Assembly (NCBI GenBank): GCA_964342265.1
Contig: CAYFFE010000001.1
Location: 4,362-68,361 of the forward strand
Source of the DNA: an uncultured Cellvibrionaceae bacterium
GTDB lineage: Bacteria > Pseudomonadota > Gammaproteobacteria > Pseudomonadales > Cellvibrionaceae
DNA: 64,000 nucleotides
Direction of reading: 5' to 3'
Part shown: positions 9,116 to 19,356 of the stretch, piece after piece
How the letters are laid out: the number at the start of each line of letters is the position of its first letter
Position numbering within the stretch: the first letter of the stretch is position 1
Position numbers and translations under genes: made by a program
Notes under the pieces: model-generated
Seen by the model: only the letters and a program-made list of their open reading frames with translations
The model's database searches: none
Told to the model about the DNA's origin: nothing

Positions 9116-10672
9116 TTAAACTGCGGTTGTTACGCGCATGACTTCTTCAATGCTGGTTTCGCCCAGCAGCACCCGATCGCGACCGTGTTCGGTAATCGAT
9201 TGGCTCTGCTTGCGGGCAGCGGCATCGAGTGCCTGCTCGCCCAAATCCTCGTGGATGCACTGGCGAATGTCGTTGTTGATGTCGACCCATTCGTAAATGG
9301 CGCTTCGGCCTCGGTATCCCTGATGGTGGCACTGATCACAGCCGTTAGCGCGATAAATTTCGGCGCTGGGATCTAGGCCTAAGTGGGTGCATTCGGCCGG
9401 AGTGGGGTGGCCCGGTTGCTTGCAGTGTGGGCACAGCAAACGCACCAAGCGCTGAGCCATAACCGCCGCCAAGGAAGACGAAAGCAAGAACGGCTCGACG
9501 CCCATATCCTGGAGGCGCGTTACCGCGCCGATGGCAGTGTTGGTGTGCAGGGTGGACATCACCAAGTGGCCCGTCAAACTGGCCTGCACGGCGATGGCGG
9601 CGGTTTCTTGGTCGCGAATCTCACCGATCATCACCACGTCCGGGTCCTGACGCAAAATAGCGCGCAGTCCGCGGGCAAAGCTCATATCGATCTTGGTATT
9701 CACCTGCGTCTGGCCGATACCGGGCAGCAAATATTCCACCGGATCTTCAATGGTAAGAATGTTGCGGCTGCGATCGTTAATGTGGCTGAGGCCGGCGTAG
9801 AGAGTGGTGGTTTTACCCGAACCGGTAGGCCCGGTCACCAAAATAATGCCGTGCGGTTTGGCCAGAGCACCGGAGAAGCCGTTGTGCACATGCTCGGGCA
9901 TACGCAATTGCTTGAGCGTGAGCTGGCCGGCGGTGGTGTCGAGTAGACGCAACACCACGCGTTCGCCGTGGGCGGTGGGCGTGGTGGACAGACGAATGTC
10001 CAAGCCGTGACCGGCCAGTTTGACGGTAATACGACCGTCTTGCGGCAGGCGTTTTTCGGCGATATCGAGCTTGGCCATAACCTTTAAACGCGATACCAAC
10101 AGCGGTGCTAACACCGCTTTGGGCGAGAGCATTTCGGTCAGTACTCCGTCGACGCGAAAGCGCACGGCAACCCGATCTTCGTAGGGCTCGATGTGAATAT
10201 CGGAGGCTTTCTCGCGCACCGCTTGCGAGAGAATGGCGTTGATCAGTCGAATAACCGGTGCGTCGTCGTTGCCCGAGAGCAGCTCCTGGTCGTCGGATAA
10301 CTCTTCGGCCAGCGAGCCTAAATCGATGTCGGTGCCCAGATCATCGGCGACCTCATCGGCGGCCTGTTGGGCCGAGCCACTGGCACCGTGGTACATCTCT
10401 TTGAGGTGGTGTTGAAAGTCTTCGTCGCTCACCGGCAGTGGCGTAAACGCGCTTTGTAAAAAGCGCTGTAATTCCAACATCAGTGCCAGTGACAGGCGAC
10501 CGCGATAGAGCAGCTCGCCGTCTTTAAAGACCACGCCGTGCTGGCTGGCAAACTGGTAGGGAATCACATTGCCGGTGGCCGGCGGCGCTTCCTCGATTAG
10601 ATCCTCACCTTGAGGCTCTAACAGTTCGATGTTGTCGAGTGCTTCACCGGCTGCTGTTTGACTTTCAGACAT
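9116..10672 (-). CDS. gspE: Type II secretion ATPase E
   Basis: ASDIHIEP, Walker A GPTGSGKTT, TIEDPVE, LRQDPD, tetracysteine motif. Confidence 0.97.
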   Translation of the reverse strand: MSESQTAAGEALDNIELLEPQGEDLIEEAPPATGNVIPYQFASQHGVVFKDGELLYRGRLSLALMLELQRFLQSAFTPLPVSDEDFQHHLKEMYHGASGSAQQAADEVADDLGTDIDLGSLAEELSDDQELLSGNDDAPVIRLINAILSQAVREKASDIHIEPYEDRVAVRFRVDGVLTEMLSPKAVLAPLLVSRLKVMAKLDIAEKRLPQDGRITVKLAGHGLDIRLSTTPTAHGERVVLRLLDTTAGQLTLKQLRMPEHVHNGFSGALAKPHGIILVTGPTGSGKTTTLYAGLSHINDRSRNILTIEDPVEYLLPGIGQTQVNTKIDMSFARGLRAILRQDPDVVMIGEIRDQETAAIAVQASLTGHLVMSTLHTNTAIGAVTRLQDMGVEPFLLSSSLAAVMAQRLVRLLCPHCKQPGHPTPAECTHLGLDPSAEIYRANGCDQCHHQGYRGRSAIYEWVDINNDIRQCIHEDLGEQALDAAARKQSQSITEHGRDRVLLGETSIEEVMRVTTAV

Positions 10673-10754
10673 GTCAGATCTCTCTGGTGGCTCAGTTTCG
10701 AGCCTGGCATGTACTCAATCGATGATCTGCCCGGCTCAACCCTTCAAAATTCAT

Positions 10755-12782
10755 TTACTCGGACTCAGTGTCGGCGTCCGCTGGTTTTTCTGATCGCTTG
10801 TTTCTGTTCTTTTTGGCTTGCTTGGCTTCGAAGTCTTCTAGAGCCTCGCGGTAGCCGGACAAATCGCGATCAGGCGAAATCGGCCACTCGGGTACGACCG
10901 GCAGCAGTTTCTTCTTCAACGACAAGCCCTGCTGTTCGCGTTTTTGCAACTGTTGCGCGCGGATGAATTTGTACTTCTCGGCGGTGGTGCCGGTTAGGGA
11001 TTCATCGTCGCGAATCACTGTGGCACGAATAAAGACCAGCAAGTTGGTTTTGGTGACCTGATCGCGATTGGAGCGGAACAACCGGCCAAGGACGGGAACG
11101 CTACCCAACAGCGGTACTCTTGCTTGGAATGTTTGCACGTTGTCGCGCATCAAGCCGCCCAGCACCACAACTTGGCCGTCGGAAGCCAGTACTTGGGTGG
11201 TAATGGAGCGCTCGTTGGTAATAACGTCCGAGGCGCTGGTTTCACCCGTCAAACTGGACACTTCCTGTTCGATATCGAGAATAATTTTATCGCCTTCGTT
11301 AATTTGTGGCGTCACACGCAAAGTGATACCAACGTTTTGGCGCTCGATGGTTTGGAATGGGTTGTTGACGTTGCCTTCGGTACTGGTGAACGAGCCGGTA
11401 ACAAACGGTACTTCCTGACCCACGGAGATTTCCGCTTCGTGGTTATCGGTGGTGAGAATGCTCGGCGTCGATAAAATGTTGGAATTGGTTTTTTCTTGCA
11501 GGGCGGTAATTAAGCCCACAAAGCCGCGCTCGTCTTGAAAGTCGCCTACACCCAACACGGTGCCAGAGACACTGCCAATAGCCGTGGCCAAATCTTCGAG
11601 CACATCGTCGTCGTCGGAGAAGATCGGCCCGGCGGCGCCACCAACACGACCCTGGTTAAAGGCGCCGAAACCGCCGTCTTGGTCGGCAAATAACCACTCG
11701 ATGCCCAATTCTTTGCCGTCGACGTCTTCAATCTCGGCAATCACCGCTTCTACCAAGACTTGCGCGCGACGAATGTCCAGTCGCTCAACAACCTGTAGCA
11801 GAGAATCCAAGGTATCGCCCTCGGCGGTAATCAGTAGTGCGTTGGTGGATTCGTCGGCTTCTACGGAAGCCATGGCCGAACCCGGAGCGTTGTTGTTGGC
11901 CTGTTGACCGCCACCGCCTTCGATGGATTGCAGCAGGCGCATTAATACCTGGGCGACTTCAGTGGCGTTGGCGTATTCCAAATAGAGTACGCGCACGTTG
12001 CCGGTTTGCGCTTGCGGACGATCCAGGCGGGCCACCAAGCTGTGAATGCGGGCGCGCTGTAATTCATCGCCACTGACCAACAGTGAGTTAGTGCGGGTGT
12101 CGGCCACCAGTTTGGTGGTGCCCGTGTCTTTGCCCGCATCACCGGCCAACAGTTGCTCCAAAATGCGGATAGCCTCGGTGGCTGGGGCGTATTGCAGCTC
12201 GATAATTTCAGTATCGGCCACGGCCGCGCCGTCGATTTGATCGATGACTTTTTTCACCCGGGCGATGTTGGCCGAGGTATCGGAAATAACAATGGAGTTA
12301 CTCGGATCGTAGGCGGCCATGTGGGCATGCTGAGCCACCAAAGGGCGCAATACCGGCAGTACTTTGGCCGCGGAAATATTGCGCAATACGATGACCTCGG
12401 TGATGTATTCGTCGTTGGTTACGTCGCTGTGATCACTGGTTACCGGAATGGGCGAGGAGCGCACGTCTTTGTTGGGTACTACGCGGGTCACACCGTTGCT
12501 TTCAAAGGCAGTAAAACCGTGGATCTCCAAAATAGACAACAACAGATTGTAGGCTTGCTCCTGAGACACAGCACCATTGGTAAATACCTGTACCTGGCCT
12601 TTTACTCGCGGATCGATAATCACGGTGCGATCGGTCATATTCGCAACAAAGCGAATTACTTCGACGATATCGGCATCGTTAAAATTAAGCTCTAGCTCCT
12701 CTGGTTGCTGGGCCTGGCTGTAAGCAGAAGCGGTGCCAAGCAACAGGGCCGCTAAAATTAATGCACGCACGATTTTCCTCAC
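10755..12782 (-). CDS. gspD: Type II secretion secretin D
   Basis: Signal peptide, LNFNDADI N0 domain, LDIRRAQVLVEA, VPLLGSVPVLGRLF secretin core. Confidence 0.97.
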   Translation of the reverse strand: MRKIVRALILAALLLGTASAYSQAQQPEELELNFNDADIVEVIRFVANMTDRTVIIDPRVKGQVQVFTNGAVSQEQAYNLLLSILEIHGFTAFESNGVTRVVPNKDVRSSPIPVTSDHSDVTNDEYITEVIVLRNISAAKVLPVLRPLVAQHAHMAAYDPSNSIVISDTSANIARVKKVIDQIDGAAVADTEIIELQYAPATEAIRILEQLLAGDAGKDTGTTKLVADTRTNSLLVSGDELQRARIHSLVARLDRPQAQTGNVRVLYLEYANATEVAQVLMRLLQSIEGGGGQQANNNAPGSAMASVEADESTNALLITAEGDTLDSLLQVVERLDIRRAQVLVEAVIAEIEDVDGKELGIEWLFADQDGGFGAFNQGRVGGAAGPIFSDDDDVLEDLATAIGSVSGTVLGVGDFQDERGFVGLITALQEKTNSNILSTPSILTTDNHEAEISVGQEVPFVTGSFTSTEGNVNNPFQTIERQNVGITLRVTPQINEGDKIILDIEQEVSSLTGETSASDVITNERSITTQVLASDGQVVVLGGLMRDNVQTFQARVPLLGSVPVLGRLFRSNRDQVTKTNLLVFIRATVIRDDESLTGTTAEKYKFIRAQQLQKREQQGLSLKKKLLPVVPEWPISPDRDLSGYREALEDFEAKQAKKNRNKRSEKPADADTESE

Positions 12783-13831
12783 TATTGTGTGTCTAGCTCT
12801 ATGTTCATCTGCAGCGACTGGCCATCGCGCAAAATTTCAATGGCGGCACTGGTGGCGGTACGCATTTCGCGATACACCTGAGTCACGCTGCCGGAGCTGG
12901 TCAGCGCGATGCCATTAATTTCGGTAACTATGTCGTTGGTTTGCAGGCCGAGTTCGGTAAACAGCTCCCGATCCCGTCCGGGCCGTATTTTGTAACCGAC
13001 GATCGAACCGCCCTCGCGGGCAATACTGAATTTGATAACGTCGGATAGGGATGTGGGCCGACGGCTGATGGAGCGGGTATCGTCTTGATCATCGCCCTCT
13101 TCGTCGTATTGCGAAACGGCCCCTCGGCCTTGCTCAGCTTGGAATTGCTCGTACTCGCGAATGCGTTCGAGCTCGACTTCACTCAAGCCGGAGCGATTGC
13201 TGGAAAACGAGGCGCTGCTGCGTCGCGAGGAGGGCGAAAAAGACGAACGGCTGCGACTGGTCGAGCCGGTAATTTTGCTTTCATCAAACAGTTTTAGCGC
13301 TTCTCGGCGACCGGAGTTTTCGAGGATGACCTGATCGGCGTTGACTTGCAGCAATTTAACCCGCGAGCCGCCGGGCAGATCGTCGCCAACGCGATAGGTT
13401 TTTTCCTGGCGACCGTGGGCAATGATGGCTTCGGAGTTGGCGGGAATGCTGCTGCGAATGACGCCTTTTAAAGTAAGGTTGAGTGAGGTTACCACCTCGG
13501 CGGTGAGTGTTTCGGTTGGCGGTGGTGCTTCGGGTTCGGGCGCGTTGGTGTCGAGCGGGCCAAACAGCTCTGCCGCCAGCAGGGCTTCGGTATCGACGCT
13601 ACTGCCGCCGCTGCTCTTAGTGGCAACCACTGTGTTGCGCGGCGTGGCGTTGGAGGCCTCGGGCAGAGCGGGGCTTGGCACGAGCAGCCAAAACAGGCGG
13701 GCTAGAGTGAAGCAAGACCACAGCAAAAACAGCAATATCAACAGGTTGCGCGCCACAGAGAACGCCTGAGGAGTCGCAAGCCGCTTTTGAAGTTGTGCGG
13801 TAACGTTGGTGATATTGAGTGGATAATTCAT
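12782..13831 (-). CDS. gspC: Type II secretion protein C (HR + PDZ domains)
   Basis: TM helix, TSLNLTLKGV HR domain, GYKIRPG..GLQTNDIVTEING PDZ domain. Confidence 0.93.
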   Translation of the reverse strand: MNYPLNITNVTAQLQKRLATPQAFSVARNLLILLFLLWSCFTLARLFWLLVPSPALPEASNATPRNTVVATKSSGGSSVDTEALLAAELFGPLDTNAPEPEAPPPTETLTAEVVTSLNLTLKGVIRSSIPANSEAIIAHGRQEKTYRVGDDLPGGSRVKLLQVNADQVILENSGRREALKLFDESKITGSTSRSRSSFSPSSRRSSASFSSNRSGLSEVELERIREYEQFQAEQGRGAVSQYDEEGDDQDDTRSISRRPTSLSDVIKFSIAREGGSIVGYKIRPGRDRELFTELGLQTNDIVTEINGIALTSSGSVTQVYREMRTATSAAIEILRDGQSLQMNIELDTQ

Positions 13832-14491
13832 GAACGTTGCTGTTTATTGGTGTCTGCCTGAGCGGACTTTTGTGTTGCGGTTCAGATAGCTAATTTTACG
13901 ATTGGTTCGATTGTAAAATCGCATCCATTGCAAAAAAGCGGTTAAAACCTCATTTAATAACCTTTGATTGCGCTCAGAGGTTCCATCGGTGCCCTTAGGC
14001 ACAGTACCAAATCGCACACTAAGTGTTTGAATTGGTAAACATAATTCGGTGCTGCCCGATCCGCCGCCTAGCGTGGCTTAATTCACGGATGAATAAACCT
14101 GTACTTTTTTATACTGTAATTAATTATTAGGCCGAGGGCTTTAAAGAACTGGCTATATTACCCGAAAAGCCTCATTTTTCATCCATTTATTCTTTAAAAA
14201 ACCATACCTTAGCGCAGAATTCTTAGGCCTGCCTTGAACTCAGGTAGGGGTGAAATTCTCAACTGAGCCACAAAATAATGTGATCTTGCATCGGGGGCGG
14301 CGATAATGGGACATTAATATTACAATTTGTGGAATTCAATTTGTTTCACCACCTGCCAATCCTTGCATCGATTGTGGGTAAAACGCATTGAAGTGCCACC
14401 CCTTTTAACCTGGCGATGATGCGTCAAACGCCGGGTTATCAAAGGTTAGGAAGAAAGCCATTTGGAACCAACCAACAGCAAAGAAGTAGGT

Positions 14492-14986
14492 ATGCCAACA
14501 GTATTTGTACTCAAAAACCAGCAAACATTATTCTGGAATCGACAGGGGGAATGGGTCAGCGGAACCGAGGCATCAAGCTTGTTCCGCTCTCAGCACAAAG
14601 ACGAGGCCATTAACGTGGTGTTTGAAATCAGCGCCCGCGATTACGCCCAGCGGGTGGAAATCGTTGCGGTAGAAACCACCGAAAAAGGCGTGCCGATCAT
14701 TCCGCCAGAATGGATTGTTGAATGGCCAGAACCCCAGCCCGAACAAGCTCTGCAAGACGAAATTGCTGAATCCGTCGAGGATGGCGTTAGCCCAAGCGGT
14801 GAAGATATCGCTAGCCCAAGCGGCGCAGATGAGGCCAGCGCAGAGACCGGTATGGGGCAAGACCAGCCAATCGCCGGTGGAGAAACCGACGGTGGCGAAG
14901 TTGGCGAGTGCGCCGAGAGTGCAGAGTCATCGGCAGAGACTGAGAGCCGCCAATCGCTTGACTTTTTTCAGGAGGAAAGTGCGTAA
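14492..14986 (+). CDS. Hypothetical protein with compact N-terminal domain and acidic disordered tail
   Basis: Protein-like ORF, ATG 14492; co-oriented upstream of gshA. Confidence 0.7.
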   Translation: MPTVFVLKNQQTLFWNRQGEWVSGTEASSLFRSQHKDEAINVVFEISARDYAQRVEIVAVETTEKGVPIIPPEWIVEWPEPQPEQALQDEIAESVEDGVSPSGEDIASPSGADEASAETGMGQDQPIAGGETDGGEVGECAESAESSAETESRQSLDFFQEESA

Positions 14987-15067
14987 TCCGCACTCATTGG
15001 GTTCGCCAACCGAATCGGTGGCGGGTGTCGCGAATATTCGCGTTAAGTGTTTTTAAAAGGAGCCAGT

Positions 15068-16666
15068 GTGGCCGATCTCGCCAATTTGCTGGAAAGCTTA
15101 AGTCAGCCGGCTAACGCCCCTCTGTTGAGTGGCATTTTACGTGGGGTAGAAAAAGAGAGTTTGCGGGTTACCGCCAACGGCGGCTTGGCGCACACGCCGC
15201 ATCCGCATGGGTTGGGTTCGGCGTTGACTCACAGCCAAATCACCACGGATTTCAGCGAAGCGTTGTTGGAATTCATCACTTCGCCGTCCCACCAAGTAGA
15301 CGCCGTGTTGGATCAGCTCTGTGCGGTTCAGCAGTTTACCTATCAGCATTTGGGCGACGAGCATTTGTGGCCGGCCAGTATGCCGTGCTTGTTGGAAGAC
15401 GACGAGTCGATTCCGGTGGCCCAGTACGGTTCGTCCAATGTGGGTAAGATGAAAACCATTTACCGGCTGGGGCTTGGCAAGCGCTATGGGCGCAAGATGC
15501 AAACCATCGCCGGCATTCACTACAACTTTTCTCTGCCCACGCCGTTTTGGGCGTTTTTGCACAACAACAGCGCCAGCACGCTGGACTTGCAGCAATTTCG
15601 CACCAATCGCTATTTCGACTTAATTCGCAACTTCCGTCGCTACTTTTGGCTGTTGCTGTATTTATTTGGTGCCTCGCCGGCGGTGTGCGGCTGTTTTATC
15701 GAGGGTAAAAAGCACCGCTTACAACCCTGGGATAAATCTGGCGGCACGTTTTATCACCCCCACGCCACCTCGTTGCGCATGGGTGATTTGGGCTACCAGA
15801 GCAACGCTCAGCACAGCTTGGTGGTGGATTACAATCACTTGGGCCACTATTTGCGGACCTTGTGTCAGGCCATTAACAAGCCCTACCCCGAATACAAAAA
15901 GATGGGCATTTTGGATGCCCAGGGCCAGCCGCACCAGCTCAACACTTCGCTGTTGCAAATCGAAAACGAGTTCTACAGTGCTATTCGACCCAAGCGCACC
16001 AGTCGCCCGGGCGAGACCGCGCTCACTGCGCTTTACTATCGCGGTGTGGAATACATCGAAGTGCGTTGTGTCGATCTCAACCCCTACGAGCCGTTGGGCA
16101 TTGGCCGCGATCAGATGCTGTTTTTGGATATCTTTTTACTCTATTGCTGCCTATCGCCCAGCCCGCTCACCTACGAGCAGGAATACCGCGCGGTGCAAGA
16201 AAACCAGGAGCGCACGGTGTATCGCGGTCGCGATCCCGATCTTCAATTGATCGCCAACGGCCACGAGCGATCGCTCAACGACTGGGGCCGCGAATTGATG
16301 GACAAAATGGCACCCATGGCCGAATTGCTCGACAAAGCCTGTGGCGATCAGGGTTACATGGCGGCGTTGGATCAGTATCGAGCTCAGCTCAACGAGCCGG
16401 ATCGTACCCTGTCGGGTCGCATTCTTAACGACATGCGTGACAAACAGCAGAGCTTTTTTGAGTTGACGATGGATTTGGCCAATAGTCACAGTGAGTTCTA
16501 TCACCAGCGCGGCGTGAGTTCGGAAATTCAAACTCAGTTTAGCCAGTTGGCCGAGCAGTCCCTGGCTAAGCAGGCCGAGATTGAAGCTGGCGATCACCAA
16601 AGCTTTGACGACTACCTGCGCGATTACTACGAGCAGTACGATTTCTGCTCGCGCGCTCAGTTTTAA
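15068..16666 (+). CDS. gshA: Glutamate-cysteine ligase
   Basis: RGVEKESLRV, LGSALTH..ITTDFSE, HYNFS, LQIENEFY, GVEYIEVR; GTG start after AGGAG. Confidence 0.97.
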   Translation: MADLANLLESLSQPANAPLLSGILRGVEKESLRVTANGGLAHTPHPHGLGSALTHSQITTDFSEALLEFITSPSHQVDAVLDQLCAVQQFTYQHLGDEHLWPASMPCLLEDDESIPVAQYGSSNVGKMKTIYRLGLGKRYGRKMQTIAGIHYNFSLPTPFWAFLHNNSASTLDLQQFRTNRYFDLIRNFRRYFWLLLYLFGASPAVCGCFIEGKKHRLQPWDKSGGTFYHPHATSLRMGDLGYQSNAQHSLVVDYNHLGHYLRTLCQAINKPYPEYKKMGILDAQGQPHQLNTSLLQIENEFYSAIRPKRTSRPGETALTALYYRGVEYIEVRCVDLNPYEPLGIGRDQMLFLDIFLLYCCLSPSPLTYEQEYRAVQENQERTVYRGRDPDLQLIANGHERSLNDWGRELMDKMAPMAELLDKACGDQGYMAALDQYRAQLNEPDRTLSGRILNDMRDKQQSFFELTMDLANSHSEFYHQRGVSSEIQTQFSQLAEQSLAKQAEIEAGDHQSFDDYLRDYYEQYDFCSRAQF

Positions 16667-16674
16667 CGACGGCA

Positions 16675-17298
16675 GTGAACTACCTAGCCCATTTGCTGTT
16701 GTCGGGCGATGAGCCCGAGCATCAAGTGGGTGGTTTGTTGGGGGATTTTGTTAAGGGTCGGCTACAGGGGCAATTGCCACTGGCGTTAGAGCAGGGTATT
16801 TGGCTACATCGCCAACTGGATGCTTACAGCGATCGTCACCCGCACTTTAAAGCGAGCCAAGCGCGATTGGGCAGTGACCATCGCCGTATTGCCGGTGTGC
16901 TGTTGGATTTGATGCTCGATCACTTTCTTGCCAAACATTGGGGCGATTTTCACGGTCAACCGCTGGAACATTACACGGCGCGATTTTATCAACGCATGGC
17001 CGCCATCAACGCGCCCTTGCCCGTCAACGCCAAACGCTGGCTCCGGTTCGCCGAGCCGGCGGATTTACTGGCTCAATACCAATACTTTGAGCAATTGCAG
17101 CCCATACTCGAACGCATGGACGCCCGCCGTCCTCGGTCGTTGGGGTTGGCCCGTGGCTTCGACGGATTGGCGGAGAACTACACGCTGCTTGAGGCCGACT
17201 TTTTTAATTTAATGCCCCTACTGCATGAGCGGGCTGGCGAATTGCTGCAACAGTTGCCCGAGAACTTTAGTACTGATGCGGCTAGCGCTGAACAATAA
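16675..17298 (+). CDS. acpH: ACP phosphodiesterase
   Basis: MNYLAHL, GDFVKG, LHR..D.YSD.H, D...DHFLA. Confidence 0.93.
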   Translation: MNYLAHLLLSGDEPEHQVGGLLGDFVKGRLQGQLPLALEQGIWLHRQLDAYSDRHPHFKASQARLGSDHRRIAGVLLDLMLDHFLAKHWGDFHGQPLEHYTARFYQRMAAINAPLPVNAKRWLRFAEPADLLAQYQYFEQLQPILERMDARRPRSLGLARGFDGLAENYTLLEADFFNLMPLLHERAGELLQQLPENFSTDAASAEQ

Positions 17299-17725
17299 AG
17301 TTATCAAAATACAAATCCACCACGCCGCTTTCGCCTTCCTCGGCTTCCAAAACGGAATGCACTTCGGCCAAGGCTGCCTTGCGTAAAATTTCCTTGCCTT
17401 GCTGCGTGTTGATGGCCTCCTCGGTTTGTTTGCTCAGCAACAGCACCAGGTTATTGCGAATGTAGGGCAGATGATGGCGTACCTTATTGCCGGAGATGGT
17501 GTCTTTCACTCGCAGGGTAATATCGGCTTTAATGTAGCGCATGCGGCCTGGGCCGCCAAAATTAACAATAAAAGAAGGTTTGATTGGAATGTACACCGCC
17601 GAGGGGGGCGAGTGTGCTTCTTCGCCGCCTTCTCCGCCCTCGGCTTCGGCCTCCTGTGCCCATACCGGTGAAACCAACAGGGTGGTGATGATGAGAGTGA
17701 GTATTCGTCGGATAATCAGGGTCAT
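17282..17725 (-). CDS. fliL: Stand-alone FliL-like protein
   Basis: FIVNF, HLPYIRN, GKE.LR, DLYFDNFIVQ; outside any flagellar cluster. Confidence 0.88.
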   Translation of the reverse strand: MTLIIRRILTLIITTLLVSPVWAQEAEAEGGEGGEEAHSPPSAVYIPIKPSFIVNFGGPGRMRYIKADITLRVKDTISGNKVRHHLPYIRNNLVLLLSKQTEEAINTQQGKEILRKAALAEVHSVLEAEEGESGVVDLYFDNFIVQR

Positions 17726-17792
17726 ATCGTCGGGTTCGTCCTCTGTAAATCAGTTAAACTGCGCTCAAATCACGCGAAGGAATGACATAACA

Positions 17793-18296
17793 ATGCAAAT
17801 AAATGCTTGGTTACCCGGAATTCGTCTCACCAACGCCATTTTGGTGTTGGGCACGGCCGGGCTTATTGGCGTCGGCCTGTATTTTCAATACGCACTGGGA
17901 TTAAACCCCTGTGCTCTGTGTATTACGCAACGTATTTTTATTATAGCTGTTGGATTGGTGGCTGCTGTGGCGGCGATCGTCGGTTTTAAACACTGGCCGA
18001 GGCGTTTGTGTGCCGCCTTGGGGGCCATTTTTGCCATTATTGGTGGCAGCTTTTCGGCTCGGCAGTTGTGGTTACAAAGTCTGCCCGAAAACCAACAGCC
18101 CGCCTGTGGCCCCTCGCTGGGTTACATTATGGATACCTTTCCCCTGCAGGAGGCCTTCTCGGTATTGCTGCGCGGCGACGGCAACTGCGCCGAGGTGGTG
18201 TGGACTTTCCTAGGCATTAGCATTCCCGGTTGGACTCTGGTGGCGTTTATCGGTTTGGCTTTGATCAACGTCTGGCAGTTACTGCGCAAAGCTTAG
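17793..18296 (+). CDS. dsbB: Disulfide bond formation protein B
   Basis: PCALCITQR, PACGP, GNCAEV.W.FLGISIP; four TM segments. Confidence 0.95.
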   Translation: MQINAWLPGIRLTNAILVLGTAGLIGVGLYFQYALGLNPCALCITQRIFIIAVGLVAAVAAIVGFKHWPRRLCAALGAIFAIIGGSFSARQLWLQSLPENQQPACGPSLGYIMDTFPLQEAFSVLLRGDGNCAEVVWTFLGISIPGWTLVAFIGLALINVWQLLRKA

Positions 18297-18310
18297 TATC
18301 GAGCAATTCC

Positions 18311-18649
18311 ATGATGGTAAAAGGCCTAATTTGGCTGTTGGTGTTTCAGTTTGTGGGCGTGTTGGTGGCCGATTTAATGGGCTGGATCGTGCCGGGCCCG
18401 GTAATCGGCATGGCGCTGCTGTTTGTTTTATTGCTGATGATTAAAACGCCGCCCGCCCTGAGCCAAGTAAGCGAACCCATCATTAAGCACATTGCTCTGT
18501 TGTTTTTGCCGCCCAGCGCCGGATTGTTCTTTCTGCCCGACAGCATTTACCAACAGTGGCTGGCACTGGCCGCCGCCATGGTGGTGGGCACGGCCATTTC
18601 CATTACCGTGTGCGCGTTGTTATTAAAGTGGATGTGTCGGCAAACGTGA
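18311..18649 (+). CDS. CidA/LrgA family holin-like membrane protein
   Basis: VPGPVIGM..LF and LLFLP motifs; paired with LrgB. Confidence 0.9.
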   Translation: MMVKGLIWLLVFQFVGVLVADLMGWIVPGPVIGMALLFVLLLMIKTPPALSQVSEPIIKHIALLFLPPSAGLFFLPDSIYQQWLALAAAMVVGTAISITVCALLLKWMCRQT

Positions 18650-19356
18650 ATTGGGATCTGATTAAAGACAACGTGGATTCGCCGCTGGTGAGCGCACTGC
18701 TCACCTTGGTGGCGTTTCAAATTGGCCTGTCGTTGTATCGCCTATCGGGCAACAAAGTGGGCTTGCATCCGGTGTTGGTGGGTGCGTTGGTGATTGCCGG
18801 CGGACTTAAATTAATGGGCTTGTCCTATCCAACTTACCTCGCCAATTGCGGTGTGGTGATGTTCTTCTTGGGGCCGTTGATTGTCGCTTTAGCCGTACCC
18901 TTGCGCGCCGAGTTAATGGCTTTGCGCGGCATTGCCGTGCCGGCGTTAATCACTGTGTTGGTGGGCAGTTTCGTCGCGCCGCTGGCCGCCATTGGCTGCG
19001 CTTGGCTGGCCGGGGCGGACGAGCAAGTATTGCTGAGCTTGGTGCCCAAATCGGTGACCAGCCCCATTGCGATCAACCTCTCCGAAATCGTTGGCGGTTT
19101 AATGGCACTGAGTGCCGCGATTACCGTGTTTACCGGCGTTATTGGCGCGTTTATGGCACCGTTTATTTTTAAATGGGTGGGTCTCACCGATGACCGATTA
19201 CAAGGACTGGTGCTCGGCATAAATTGCCACGGCTTGGGCACCTCCCGAGCGTTTGAAATCAGTGTGCGCTGCGGTGCCTTGGCCGGGCTCGGTATGGGGC
19301 TAACCGGTTGTTTTAGCGCCTTTATGCTGCCTTATTTGGCTCTTGAGTTGTTTTAA
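18646..19356 (+). CDS. LrgB family membrane protein
   Basis: LGP..VALAVPL, PKSVTSPIA, HGLGT.RA; start approximate (GTG 18634 or 18646). Confidence 0.92.
   Translation: MNWDLIKDNVDSPLVSALLTLVAFQIGLSLYRLSGNKVGLHPVLVGALVIAGGLKLMGLSYPTYLANCGVVMFFLGPLIVALAVPLRAELMALRGIAVPALITVLVGSFVAPLAAIGCAWLAGADEQVLLSLVPKSVTSPIAINLSEIVGGLMALSAAITVFTGVIGAFMAPFIFKWVGLTDDRLQGLVLGINCHGLGTSRAFEISVRCGALAGLGMGLTGCFSAFMLPYLALELF

Noticed and set aside
1940-13831. T2SS incomplete because gspO is missing
   Set aside because: Prepilin peptidase is commonly shared with type IV pili (pilD) and encoded elsewhere.
14380-14402. Sigma-54 promoter toward gspC (TGGCAC...TGC)
   Set aside because: GG-to-GC spacing is 9 nt rather than the required 10.
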